DNA of 64,000 nt. Source: the human T2T-CHM13v2.0 reference genome, Homo sapiens. A program made the position numbers and the translations under genes. A model generated the notes under the pieces. It was not told the DNA's origin and searched no databases. It saw only the letters and a program-made list of their open reading frames with translations. The stretch lies in the NCBI RefSeq assembly GCF_009914755.1, contig NC_060926.1. One strand, given 5' to 3'. Below are positions 1 to 20,495 of the stretch, piece by piece; position 1 is the first letter of the stretch, and every line of letters starts with the position of its first letter.

Positions 1-365
1 AAAACTAGAGATAGCAAAAAGCTCAGTGGTTGGAGGCAACAAGAGGAAAAAGAAAGGAGGATGATGAAGTGGAGCACGGGGGAGTTTTAGGACAGTAAAA
101 CTCTTTTGTATGATACTGTAACTGTGGATACTTGATATTACACATCTGTCAAAACCCAAACAAATGTACAGCAAAGAATGAACCCTAAAGAAAACTATGT
201 ACTTCAGTTAATAATAATGTATCAACATTGGTTCATTAACTGTATGTAACAAGTGTATCACACTAAGGTACGATGTTAATAACAGAAACGGAAGGGGATG
301 GAGTAGCTGTTACATGGGACCTCTGTACCATCTGCTTAATTTTCTGTAAACCTACAACTGTTCTA
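1..365 (+). mobile_element. Old L1 (L1MC-type) 3' end fragment
   Basis: L1MC 3'UTR-like motifs (tgtcaaaacccaaa...gaaccctaa...ctctgtaccatctgct). Confidence 0.7.
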
Positions 366-2974
366 GTCTATTAACTATTAACTAAAGACAAATTAAAACT
401 AACAAGAAAGACTCTGACCAGCAGTGAATAAATGGGACAAATTTACGCTCTTCTACAGCAGATGCTACCATATTTAAAATATTTTTGGGTTTTATAAGAA
501 TAAAATTATCTCTTATTGATGTTTTAATTTTTATATTTTTAAATCCTGAGCATTATTTTTGTCGTTTGCATTTCTTTGGTGAATTGTCTAAATCCTGGTA
601 CCATGTTTCTATTGATATTTGAGGTTTTATGGTGAATTTGTATAACCTCTTTATGTTAAAAATAATAGTGCTGTGTCTGCCTTTTGGGGCATATGGTTTT
701 CCTCAGTTTTTTTCTCTCTCTTTTAACTTCTCGTTTAGTTTTGTTCACTTTCAGTAAATAAAAACTACATTATGATTGTTTTCATATCTATTATGTTTAG
801 ATCAGACGGGAATTTGTATAGTTTCATTTTGTTTATGGTTTCTCACTTTACCTTTATCCTCTTTGATTATCTGGAGTTTATTTTGGTGCATGTTATAAAG
901 AGAGAAAATAACCTAATTTTTCCTCTCAAATATTTAAACAACTTTTAAAAGCATTTTTTACAAATATAAATTTTTACTTTGTCCTTATTATAAAAACATT
1001 TAACACTAACTGAAGAAATGTCAGAAGTACAGGAAAAAATTACAGCATTTTTCCTAGAATCTGCATAAATATATATAAGAACATTCTTTGATACTCAGAT
1101 GTAAAGAAAGTGACTCAAAAATCCTTTGGTAGGGGTAATGGATAAATAATTTATCCAAGCAATGGAATATTAAAAGCTATTAAAAATAAGGTAGATTTAA
1201 ATGTATTACTATAGAACTATGATAAATGAATAAAGCATTTATAATGATACCAGAAAAACTATTTGCAGTCAACAATTTGTATTTCACAGTAATAGTAATG
1301 TTCTCCTCATAGTCTAATGTAGCATCTAAAAACATTACTATGAATGTTTTCTAATTTGCTGCTCTCTTTATACCAATTTTGACTGACATACGTCCTTTGT
1401 ATGTTCTTTAAAGAAACTGACTGCATTGCACATGCTGTTTAGTTACTATTATTCACTAAAACACAGTACTGTTAAAGGTATTTAAAATAGTGTTTAGGAA
1501 TAGTTTAGAACTTCATTTACCAGTACATTTATTGGTACCAACATATTACAATTTCCAACATATACCATATTTACATGAATAAGGTTTCGTATCTGCCACA
1601 TTTTACATGCAAAACCCAGTAAGTTTAGGAAAAAAACCCCAACTATACATATCCTCAAATTTGCTTTTCATAGTTCCTTTTAGAACACTGTTGAAATCAA
1701 CTTATACAAGCTACAAAGCTGTATCATAACTAAATGTGGCCAGTATCTCAGCACCCATGATTCACTGTTTTGCATTTGCCACTAAAGATGTTCTTCAAAT
1801 AGCTAAACCATATTGTGGTATGTGATAAAGCCAGGCAAATATGATGCTTAAATATAGATGTCCTTGAAAATTATTCATCTCTTTAAATAGCATATCCAAA
1901 AACTTTCTCCTGTGAAAAGAGCTGCAAAAAAGGAAAAATGTATATTACAAATGAGACTATAATCCCTAAAGGAATGTGTCCAAAAAGCTGAATTATTACT
2001 TTATTAAAATGTGCATATTCTTATCCATAAGCAAAACCTATGAAAATGAAAAATCCAATTATCTAAGTTCAATTTGTCAAACAAGTATCTATATATCAGA
2101 CACAATGATATAAACTGAGGATAAAAATATCACTAAAATAACTTTATAACCTTTCTCAATGCAAAAAAGACCTAAGACAAGTAATCAAGGCATGGTCCTT
2201 GCACTCAAGTGGCTTATACTCTAGTATAAGACATAAACTTAACAAATAATTACCAAAAAAAGTAAAACAATTATTCTGAAGTTAGAGATGTACCCTTGTA
2301 ATCTATGTTACAAAACAAAGAGCACCATTACACAGAACACAATGTCCAACAACAAGGAATGGTTAAGCAATTATAACCACTGAATTCAATACTGCAGTGT
2401 ATGCTTCAGAGTGTTTTGTTGTTGTTGTTGTTTTACAGTATCATATAGAAACTCTTATGCTACAATGTTAGGGGAACAAAATGGAAATAAACTATGAGAT
2501 GAATTCCCAACAGTTTAAAATTTTTTTAATTAAATTATGAATAAAACTAGTAAAAAAAAACAGTAAATTATCTGAGTCGGCATAATATAAGTTTTAATTG
2601 TTTACTCTTTACATTTTCCAGTTTTCTGTAATACATCTGTTACTCTTATAATCAGGAATATAATAAACTTCTAAAAACATATCCATAATTTTTTTCTGGC
2701 AAATCATTTAACAACAAGCAAAGTCCTATTTGTCTGTTAAATAGGCAGCACTGTAAAAGACTTCAAAACATAGTGAAAAAACTCATCAGAATGTAGACTG
2801 GTAAGCAAGGCAAGCTTCACAGGGATTAAAGATTTCACTTTTTTGAACAACCTCAGCCAGAAATTAAAGCCATAAGTACATTATTAAATTACATATATCT
2901 AAAATAGAGTTGTACCAGGGGCCTTCTTCAGTCCACATTCTGATTATTAAGTATACTCAACAGAACACTGCAAA

Positions 2975-3131
2975 CGTTCTATAAAGCTGTGCTGTCCGAG
3001 ATGGTAGCCACTAGCCACATGTAGCTACTAAGCACTTGAAACAAGGCTAGCACAACTGAGGAACGGAATTTATGTTGTTTTGATTAGTTTAATTAATTTA
3101 GCCATATGTAGCTAATGGCTATTATACTGGA
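2975..3131 (+). mobile_element. MER3 (hAT-Charlie) DNA transposon
   Basis: gctgtcc...gtagccactagccacatgtagcta...ctgaggaac...agccatatgtagctaatggcta. Confidence 0.8.
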
Positions 3132-4654
3132 AAGAGAAGTATTTGGATATACCCTAAGAAAGCTCTCTTTAAAAGAACTACTCAATACAACTACCCTCAA
3201 CTGGTAGCACTCCAACTTGAGAAGTTGGAAAATGGGTAACTATTGTAAAGGCAAAAGAGGCAAAATAAATAAATAGATATAAATAAATACTACGTATATC
3301 CAGTATCAGAGGTGGGTGGAAGAGGAGGCGATGGATAGGCCTTAGAGACCAAGAAAATTCAGAATGTATACAACACTTGTATATGTAACATTACTAATTT
3401 TAAATGTTTTTCCTTGTTAAATTTACATCCATACTTTGTCAATTACTAAAGTCAAAAACCATGTCAGGTTTATATAACAATAAAGGTAGCATTAACAAGT
3501 TCTACAGCATAGAGAATATATTAACAGCTGAGAATGGCAAATTATTCCATAGTATTTAATTTCATGTACTCCAAAAAAGGAAAGACTCAACAAACTAAAA
3601 GGTTACATAAACAAAGACTTAATTCTCAGTAGTTCTGGCATGTGTCTCTTCTACCAGTGAATTTCTCTTTCAGGTATGCAGTCTTCATCTCAGTTAAGAG
3701 GTAACAGGTAGAACAGGTCTGGAACATGCAGGCTTTAAAAATATTTTGCCATAACAGATTACAAAAAGTAAATTTCTTTAAGACGTAAACATTTTATGCG
3801 ACCATGTATTTTAAGTAATTATTGACATGCTTAGGTTCCTACGATATGGTATGTCTGTCCTCTGACTGCTAATAAGTCATTCTAGAACAAAAAGAGAGGG
3901 CTAAAACAAAATAGTAAGTGAATGAAAACTAAAAATGCATCAAAATTTCTCAGTGAATTAAGAGACTTAGAATAGACTAGAAGGGTCAAATGGTTTTCCT
4001 CAGATCCTAAGTTGGTCGTTTAAAGCTAACCATACATAAACCAAACCTTTAATTGATGGAGGATACCAGCACAGTTAAGAAGCTTAATAGTTTGAGACCT
4101 TCTTCAGACTAAACTCTCATCTATGGTATATAACATAAGGTTAAATTATCATGAGTCCAGAGTTTATGGTGGTGTTCAACTTTACAGATTCAGGAAAGCT
4201 TAACTTTTCCTGCGAATGAGGCCACAGAAATGATGCAAGTAACTAAAAGACATGTAACTTATGTCAACATGATAAGAAACAAAAGAAATAAGTGGCCTGA
4301 AATAATAAATTTAGTCACTTTTACAGGGCATCTCCTAAATAGATTAATTTACCAATCAGAAGATACTCAGAGATAAAAATTTAAAGCAAAGGAGTTAGAA
4401 AAGCATGGGTTAGTGAAAAAAGTATGTGATTTGGAATCAGACGAACTTGAAATTGAATATTAACTCTACCAACGCAACTGTTACATAACTTCTCTAAACC
4501 TCATAGCATCAATAAAACAGAGATAATAACATAACTTTGCAGCATTGTTATGAAAAGGAAATAAAGGACATAAAATGTCTGTAAAACACCAGGCATATAC
4601 ATAAACAGCTATTAACTTCAAAAAGCTATTTTTTAAAGCCGCCCTGATCTACAC

Positions 4655-6956
<2,302 letters not shown>

Positions 6957-8201
6957 CTATATTATCATAATAAATTATATTATTGGTTTGGACTGATTCA
7001 GCTGCAAGTGACAGAAAAACCTAACCAGAAAACACCTTAAAACTATTCAGGGTGGATCCAGTGGCTCCAATGATAATCAGGGACCTAAGCTCCTCAGCTT
7101 TGTTACTGTTAACCTGAATCCACTGCTTCCACCTAATGACATGGGATAGCAAGCACCAACACCAGCTGTTAAAAGGCAATGGCAAGAAAAGGATACATTC
7201 ACTCCCTATAAGGACTCTTCCTGGAAGCTACTCACAAACCTCTGGTGTTCACACTCCATAGCTTCAACTTACTCATGTGGCTAATCACACACAGCAACAA
7301 AACTGCTTTAAAAAAATTTTTTTAAGTAGTCTTCATTCAGCCCAAACTCAAATACATTCCAGGGGTTTTCCTAGTACAAAGAAGAAAATAATAGCTATTT
7401 GGGCCACTGCCATAATGTTTATCTCAACTTTTTCAATATTCTTTACCCACTACCAGGTTCCTTCAATAGCACTGTCTCGTGGTGCAGCTGTAATCAGCTG
7501 GATTGGATCTCACCTAAATACTTTAACACTTAAATGTAAGGAAGACACCAACATTGAGTCCTTTGATGAGATAATAAGGATAGCAACAGCAAACATTTTT
7601 TTGCCTTGTCACCACTGTGATAAATACCTTACATAAATTATGAAGCGATAAAATTATTTAATATAGGTCTTACTCTAGTCTGATAATGGGTTTACATTTA
7701 ATGCTTAGGGAGTTAAAATATCTAGAATCTACCCCTTCCAGCCACCTGAAACAACTTACCAACTAGAAAAAATAAATGAAATGATAACTTTCAAGACACT
7801 GGATATCAGGCAGTGAAAGACGGTGGTCCCTCCCTGAGAGGAGAAAAACAAAGTGAGCCCTATCATGGCCACTTCCAGGTGACCAGGTGACCATGCCCAG
7901 AGAGGGAACCTAAGTTGAGCCAAGTGGTCACCCTGGATTGCAGAAGCAGAGCTAGAAGCCAAGGAAGCCAATGCAGTTAACAGAACAGAGTACCAGAGAG
8001 GAGGGAGGTGTACAGAGAAAGAACACAGGTACTCCCCCTAGAGTCTTCAGTAGAGAACATATCTACATGAGACTACATGATCTACATGAGACATTTCCCA
8101 AGAGCTGAACAAGAATAATTCCTGCCATGCTAGCCAGAATGGAAAACCCTACAATTCACGGGACTTGAGGTACTGTACTCAAAAGGCTTTTCCCTCAGTA
8201 G

Positions 8202-8566
<365 letters not shown>

Positions 8567-8928
8567 CACTTTGGGAGGCCGAGGCAGGTGGATCACTGGG
8601 TCAGAGAATGCCAAATAAATTATTAGTCTCAAATAAATAAACCTCTGGACTGATTTTTTTTTAAAGACAGTGGAGCAATGTTTTAAAAGTACTAAATAAA
8701 ACAAAAACAAAAGCAGTCAATCTATCTCACAATAATCCTGAAAGGTAGGAATTGAAAGCTGTATTACAGACAGGAAAGCGACCAGTTTACACTGATCAAA
8801 GGAGGAAGGATCACAACAAAAACTCGATCACAAGTTTTCATATACATATTCATTCTTTGAAGCATCTTCAGTCTTACAGCACTCCACGTTAAAAATGATA
8901 GGTTTAAAAATAGATAAATAGATGGATA

Positions 8929-9287
8929 GTTACTGACTGAATTATGTTTCAACCTGCACCCCAAAATTCACGAGTTGAAGTCCTAACTCCCAGTACCTCA
9001 AAATGTCATTGGTATTTAAAAATAGGGCCTTTAAAGAGATGACTAAATTAAAATAAGGCCATCAGAGTGGGTCTTGATCCAGTCTGACTGGTGTCCTTCT
9101 AAGAAGAGGAGATTATGACACCAGGGGTACACAAGCAAGAGGAAAGGCCACGTGAGGACACAGTGAGAAGGTGACCATCTGCATGCCAAGGAGAAAAACC
9201 TCAGAAGAAACCAAACCTGCCAACACCTTGATCTGGGACTTCCAGACTCCAGAACTTTGAGATAATAAATTTCCGTTATTTAAGCCA
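8929..9287 (+). mobile_element. MLT1A-type MaLR LTR
   Basis: ccaaaattca...gaagtccta...gactggtgtcctt...accttgatct...ttccag...ccagaact...aataaattt...ttaagcca. Confidence 0.85.
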
Positions 9288-10771
9288 AAAACAAAACAAA
9301 CAATGGTCAATTTAGAATACTACACAAAACTATCTTTCAAAAATCGAGGTGTTAACATCATGTTGTACACCATAAATACACATAATTTTCATATTAATGT
9401 ATCAGTTTTTTAAAAAGAATAAGAAAAAATAAAGTTAAGAAATCAAGGTATCACTAGTGTGTGTATATGTATTTTATACATATATATTTTATATATATAT
9501 AAATGCCAGAAACAGTAGCCATTTAAGTGTTTGCTACTAATCATCATGACTGTTGCTGCCATTGTCGCATTCATGTCATGAATGCATTAGAAGAGCATCC
9601 ATAATGCTCTTCTAATACTTCCAAAGCATGGTGACTGCCACCATTCTTAATTCAGGGTGTTTGTTATCTGCTGCTCAAATAGCAAGTAAGGTATCATTTT
9701 ATACTACTCTATTTATAGCTCTTTAATTCATCATTTAACTTTCCACTTGACAATAAGCTTTATCTTCCCAAACTATAACTTCTTAAAAGTACCTGGACTA
9801 TGTCTTAAACATTATTTTATATGTGGTAGAAAGTTAAAAATATGTACTTTTTGGTTTTGGCTAATTTTATCATTATGGGATACCACAGTTGTGACGAGCT
9901 TCTTTACCCTTTCCTGAGTTACGCGTTCCATTTCCTCCCTAGCTTGGTCAAATGGTCAGTGAACAAAATCACACTAACAACTAATGAGTTTTAAAGATAA
10001 GTTCTTAATCATTATCTCCAGTAAGTATAGATCATACAGTGAAACGCTCTCTTCACTTGCAGACATGAAAAAATCCAAAGCAGTGCTCTTTTGAAGAGTG
10101 AAGAAGATTAACCTGAACCTAAGGGGATTTTTTAGGGTAAACAAGTTGAACAATCACTGACAACAAATATTCTGAAGTTTGTAATCCTTTTAATGTTAAA
10201 ACATTTAATATTATTAATTACTTTTCTAAGATAGCCATCCAGCTTGTCCAAATAGCTAACCAATTTCTTGTTCAGAGCTTGAGGTTTTACTTCAGAAAAT
10301 AAGCATCATAATGAAAAAAAGAATACTGTCTTAGAAATCTACAGACATTGATACTTTTCCAGTTCTGCCACTTAGCAGCTGCATGACTTTGGACAAACCT
10401 CCAAACCTCAGTTTCCCCTCTATTCTGTATATCTGCCCTACATATTTCACAATTGTATTAAATGAGAAAACAAATACTCAGGAAGACATTAAATCTAAAA
10501 GACACTAAATCTCTCAGGTACAGAATGAATAAACCTTTATTCAAAGAATTGGGTGAAATTACATACTATTAGACATATATGCTACTCAGATGTTCTGACT
10601 TTAATATAACTTTAATCAGACAGGTAAGAGGTTTCTCATTATGTTTGCAAAAAGTACGCAACTACCTCTATACTACCCAGAAGAGGTCATAATTTTTTAG
10701 AAAAATTTTAAACCATATTTGAATTCGTAAGTATTCCTAAGTGCAGAATATTTTTAAAGAACATGTTTTTT

Positions 10772-11780
<1,009 letters not shown>

Positions 11781-12212
11781 AAAGAACTTGTTATTTTCAT
11801 GGCACTGGAAAAATGACACAGAAATCTAACAAGTTAGTAAAGCACAGTGCCTGGCACATAGTAAGAGATGTATGTCTTGCTTGTATTATTTCTGCTATGA
11901 CAATAACCGTAATAGTACATCATAAAAACCTCTATTCAACATGACAGGTCTCAAGTGCTTATTATTTAAAATATCTATTCGTTTTCTATAAAGAAGTTTT
12001 ATGCCCAGCATTTATATTACCATTTTTCCATTAGCCAACTATTTTATCCATACTTCTCATAATAGAAATGCTCACAAGAAGCACGAGTTTCCATCAGCAA
12101 CTTCCACTTGAAACACTTTTCTAAGGAAATCCCCTTCATGCTATACAAACCAATTCTCCATTATCATTTAACACAGAAATAGATCAGTTTCTGAAAGACA
12201 TTATTATAAATA

Positions 12213-12454
12213 CAGCTGACCCTTAACATGGGTTTGAACTGCACAAGTCTGTTTATAAGTAGATTTTTTTTCCAATAAGTACAGTCAGTTCTCCTTATCC
12301 GTGAGTTGCACATCCACTACCAAAGGCAAGGCTACTTTTTGTGTATGTGGTTCTGGCAGGGCCAACTGTGGGACTGGTGCATGCACAGATTTTGGTATCC
12401 ACAGGGGTCTTGGGGTCTTGGAACCAATCCCCCTTGGATACTGAGGGAAAACTG
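12213..12454 (+). mobile_element. MER2/Tigger2-family MITE
   Basis: TA|CAGCTGACCCTT...GGAACCAATCCCC...AGGGAAAACTG|TA termini. Confidence 0.8.
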
Positions 12455-12579
12455 TACATATTTGTCTTGTCCTTCCAGAATCCAACTTCATACCAAACTA
12501 AATACAATGCTACAGAAGTTCTTCCACATACTACATTACAGTTAATATTTGGGGAGTTGGCATTTGTATTTTAAGCAGA

Positions 12580-14976
<2,397 letters not shown>

Positions 14977-15735
14977 TAAAGGGGCATATGTTACTTTTGT
15001 AATTTAAAAAATGAAGTTTGTTTTATTTTGTTTTTGTTTTTGTGATAAGCTGACAAAACAGAGAAGGAGACAGAGCAATCCAGGTACACACAAGGGCAAA
15101 GAGTATAGAGAACATGGTATATTCAGATTATCAGTGAAAAGAAGACTGCCTCTATCCCTGGTCCTGCTCACTCTCTTCCCTTCCACATCTCTGATATGAA
15201 ACTTCTATCCCCAAAGTCCATCATCTATGAGCCATAAACCCCACCAAGACTTTGTCTTACTATTCTCTTAGATTGTAAAGATCCATCCAAAACCCCAATG
15301 TGACTAATTACACGCAGTGAATTAAGAACACAAAAATGCCAACAATTTTCATTCATTTATTTAACACTTAGTGAAGCTAATATGTGCCAAATAATATGCT
15401 ACATTTGGGGGGGGAAACAGGCTAATATCAGAGGGTTGATTTTGTATGCACATACATTGAGAGACACAAACAATATAGGCTGTTATACACATAGTTTTTC
15501 AACTGTCTGTAAAAAAGCTAAAGTTCTGTACAGTTTACAGAACACTAGCACATATAGTTAGCTTCTCACTGTATTCTTCACAACTCCTTGAAGGCAAATA
15601 GTCCTATAAATTACTCACAATCAAGAAGATAATCACTAGAACATCTCATTAATTAACACCAGTCTTAGCTTTTCTGACTCCAAATCCAATGTTCTTTCCA
15701 CTATACTACTCTCTCTTTTAAAAATACACTTGAAA

Positions 15736-16204
15736 CTATTCACAACAGCAAAGACTTGGAACCAACCCAAATGTCCAACAATGACAGACTGGATTAAGAA
15801 AATGTGGCACATATACACCATGGAATACTATGCAGCCATAAAAAATGATGAGCTCATGTCCTTTGTACAGACATGGATGAAATTGGAAATCATCATTCTC
15901 AGTAAACTATCGCAAGGACAAAAAACCAAACACCACATGTTCTCACTCATAGATGGGAACTGAACAATGAGAACACATGGACACAGGAAGGGGAACATCA
16001 CACTCTGGGGACTGTTGTGGGGTGAGGGGAGGGGGGAGGGATAGCATTAGGAGATATACCTAATGCTAAATGACGAGTTAATGGGTGCAGCACACCAGCA
16101 TGGCACATGTATACATATGTAACTAACCTGCACATTGTGCACATGTACCCTAAAACTTAAAGTATAATAATTTTTTTAAAAATGCAAAAAAAAGAAACAA
16201 AAAA
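15736..16204 (+). mobile_element. Young 5'-truncated L1 (L1PA2/3) 3' end
   Basis: ORF2 tail plus 3'UTR close to young L1 consensus (GAG, not the Ta ACA diagnostic); perfect TSD AAAAATACACTTGAAA at a TTTT/AAAA site. Confidence 0.95.
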
Positions 16205-17696
16205 AAAATACACTTGAAATTAAAAATTCAAGTCATTTTCCTTCATTTTTTGCCCATCTTCACTACCTTGGTGGGGAAACTCTTAAGAAAAAAATTCATT
16301 TTAACCTTCATATGTTAATGAGATCAAACAGGGATCCTCTTTATGTACTTTGGTGGAATTTTATTAATAGAAAATCATTTGAAATAAGGCATTGTTCAGA
16401 TTTTTAAACTTTTATTTCACAGATCTGTTGTAACTAGAGTCAAACTGAGTAGTTCTGTTTAAAAGAAGGGGAAAGCACATTAAAACACTACACCAAATAT
16501 TTACATTATATCATCCAGAAAGACAAAACTTCCCTATACTAAAAGCTTGTAACAATCCCATCTCCAAAAAAAAAAAAAACCGTAACTTCTTAAAAATTTA
16601 TTCACTGTTATATTTTATGACTTCCCTCAGAAGAAAATTTTACAAGCCAATTTTGTACTAGAGTTTCCTTTTATTAGTTCTAAATTTAGTTTTATTTGTA
16701 TCATCTGCTGTTCTCCTATTATGGAAATGTCTTAAATATGGAAAACAATCTGTTTTCCAGCATTCAAAATTTATAACTTTACAGCCTCCCCATTTTTACA
16801 AAAAAAAAAAAATTGCTTGCAGCAGAAATTGTTTTACAAAACTATCAGCAAAATCCTTTAGGTGCGTTTTCTCGTTTTTGTGATTAAATTCTTTAAATGT
16901 TCTCTTGCTTTTGTGATTAAATTCTTCTTTAACCTGAATATAACAACATAAACATTATCCATATTCTAATTTTAAATGTTGCAACCATGAGTTGCATATT
17001 CCGTTTAAGCTACAGCAAGAAATAATGCCTGAGAATATTTTTAGCATGAACATGTCATAACTGACTCATGAAGTCTCAAATTAATTGCATTTTTTTCAAA
17101 TATTTAGAAATGCTGGAGCATCTTGTACAACACTGAGGTATTATGGAATTAGGAATTCTCATCACCAGATTGTAAAATGTTTCTAACTGGAAAAATACTT
17201 CCAATAAAAATGTTTCTAAATCATCCATAACACTCTTCTAAAAATAACTGCAGAAATATATTCAGTCAGTGAAAGAAGCATCACCTAGTTTCAGATTTCA
17301 CATTTCTAATTATCTTTCTATTCAGCAATTATTTGAAAACAATATTTCAAAAGATAAAATGTCATAAATCTTTAGGGCTTTAAAGATACTTTTATTATAT
17401 GTCACTCTAGAGCCCCACGTTATTGAATTGTGCCTTGGCCACAGGGTATGTAGTTTTGTTAGCCATGAGATAAAAATCCCACAAACTATAACTCTAAAAC
17501 AACAAAGTTATCTGAAAAAGGTGATACATTTTTCAAAATCATACTAATATTTTCATATTTAATATACAAAATACTTTTACAGGGATTTCAACATACAAAA
17601 ACACATTTTTCACTAGATCTTGTAGGCATCAAAGCTCATGACAACTGTGCTAATACACTTTCTTTTCCTTTTGGTTTTAAAACGAAAAACTTTTAA

Positions 17697-17790
17697 GAAC
17701 CCAAGAGGCGGAGGCTGCAGTGAGCCGATATCTCACCACTGTACTCTAGCCTGGGTGACAGAGACTGCGTCTCAAAAAAGTCTCAAAAAA
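17697..17790 (+). mobile_element. Alu 3' fragment
   Basis: gaacccaagaggcggaggctgcagtgagccga...; 11-bp duplication gtctcaaaaaa. Confidence 0.9.
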
Positions 17791-18378
17791 AGGAGAAGGG
17801 GGAGGAAGGAGGAAGACAAGGGAGGAGGGAAGATGAGGAGGGAGGAGGAGGAGGGAGGAGGAGGAGGGAGGAGGAGGAGGGAGGGAAGAGGAGGAGAGAG
17901 GAGGGAGGAGAGAGGAGGAAGGGGAGGAGGAGGGGGAGGAAGAGGGAGGAGGAGGGAGGAAGGGGAGGAGGAGGGGGAGGAAGAGGGAGGAGGAGGGAGG
18001 AAGAGGAATGAGGAGGAGGGAGGAGGAAGAGAGAGGAGGAGGGAGGAGGAGAGGAGGAGGGAGGAGGGGGGAGGAGGAGGGAGGATGGAGTAGGAGGGGG
18101 GAGGACGCAGTAGGAGGGGGGAGGAGGGGGGAGGAGGAGGGGGAGGAGGGAGTAGGAGGGGGGAGGAGGACGAGGGAGGAAGAGGAAAGAGGAGGGAGTA
18201 GGAGGGGAGGAGGAGGGAGGAGGAAGGAGGAGTGGGAGGAGGGAGGAGGAGGGAGGAGGAGGGAGGAGGAGGGGGAGGAGAAGGAAAGAGGAGGAGGGAG
18301 GAAGGAGCAGAAAGAAGGAGGGAGGAGGAGGGAGGAGGAGGGAGGAGGAGGGAGGAGGAGGAGGAGAAGAAGAAGAAA
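17791..18378 (+). repeat. ~590-bp (GGA/GGGA)n polypurine tract
   Basis: Almost pure G/A, continuing from the Alu tail. Confidence 0.97.
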
Positions 18379-18953
18379 TAATATTTTCTAAGTTTCCTTT
18401 GCTACTCAAGAAAAAAGAAAAAGGTACCACATGTAGTTATCTTTAATAAAAACTCAAAATAGTTTATCTAACCTAACATTAAAAAGAAAACTTCAATTTC
18501 AATAAGCATATTCTGAGTATGACTTCTAGAGGATTCACACCTAAATACAAAGCAAAAGAGTAGAATCACACACTGATACACCTGTGAACAAGAACATGGC
18601 ACCTGTGCCACCTGTGAACAAGAACAGGCAACCTTTGTATCTGTAAGGCAAATTAAAATGAATACTCAAAAACAAGCCAAAAGCCAAGTGCAATAGTACT
18701 TAAAACACCAACAGCTACCTATCCTCTATATGAACCAAGTTATTGAAGTAATACTAGTAACTGTTTTAACAGAGAAGTATAAAGATAAAATTTGGGTCAA
18801 CAAAAGGGAAAGAAATAAGTTTATAAGCTTATACCTAACATGTTCAAAACAATCAAAAGATGGAAGATGAACACAGAGCAGAATGGAACAAAAAAAAAAA
18901 GTCATGTGCACGTCAGAAGCCCTTAACATCTGTAGCTCAGAAATAACCCAATT

Positions 18954-19460
<507 letters not shown>

Positions 19461-19829
19461 CCTTTTTTTAATTAAAAAAATAAAAAAGAGCCTACACAGA
19501 TCAGCAAGACTCATTCATTCCTTGGAAACAAAAAGTATCATAACAAGGTTTTAAAAAAATGCTTAGTATTAACTAGGCCTTTCAGGTATAAACACTTATC
19601 AGTAGGATAATTCCACATTCAGAGGGCACTGATCTGTATTTGTATTCTATTTTTGGAATTCCAAACACTGGAATTGGCCTGTGGTATACAAAATAAAACT
19701 CCTTCACCAGTTGATTACCATATTATTTCCTAGCATAAAAACAAAAACAACTTAAATATAATGATCCAAATTAGGCCACACTCATGACACATTAGCAAAA
19801 ATCAAAAGAACAAGCAAAACACGCACATA

Positions 19830-20495
19830 AAACAGTGGCCAACATCATTTGTCATTGGTAAAATGCACTACAATGGCTATAATTACAATGACACACACTA
19901 CCAAGTGTTTTGTGATAATATGGAGAAACTGGAACCCTTATACATTTCTAGTGAGAATGTAAAATGGTAGGGCTACTTCAGAAAACAGTCTGCAGTTTCT
20001 CAAAAGTTAAGCATAAATTTACCATATGACCCTGCAGTCCCACTCCTTGGAATCTGTCCAAGAGAAATGAAAACATATGCCCTCACATATGGTGAATTCA
20101 TAAACAAAATGTGGTATATCCATAACCATGGAATATTATTCATCAATTAAAAAGAACATAGTATTCATGCTGCAACACAGATGAATGTCAAAAACATTAC
20201 GTTAGGTAAAAGAAGCCAGGTAGAAATCACTGCATATTTTATGATTCCACTTATATGGAATTTACAGAACAGACAAACTTATAGAGACAGAAAGCAGATC
20301 AGTGGTTGGCTGGGGATGGGATTCAGGATTGACTGCAAATAAGATCAAGGGAATTTAGGGGGGGTGATGAAAATGAATTGTGATGATGGTTACACAAATT
20401 TGTAAATTTACTAAAAATCATTATATTGTACACTTACAATGGAAGACATTAATGGTGTATAAATTATACCTCAATAAAACAGTTGAAAATAAAAA
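19830..20495 (+). mobile_element. Old L1 (L1MB/ME) 3' region
   Basis: ggagaaactggaaccctt...taccatatgaccc...atgattccacttatatg...aattatacctcaataaa. Confidence 0.75.

Noticed and set aside
7277-7636. 119-aa plus-strand ORF in intron 1
   Set aside because: Non-ATG start and no recognisable domain.
17638-18430. Glu/Gly/Arg-rich and Pro/Ser/Leu-rich ORFs
   Set aside because: Translations of the GGA repeat.
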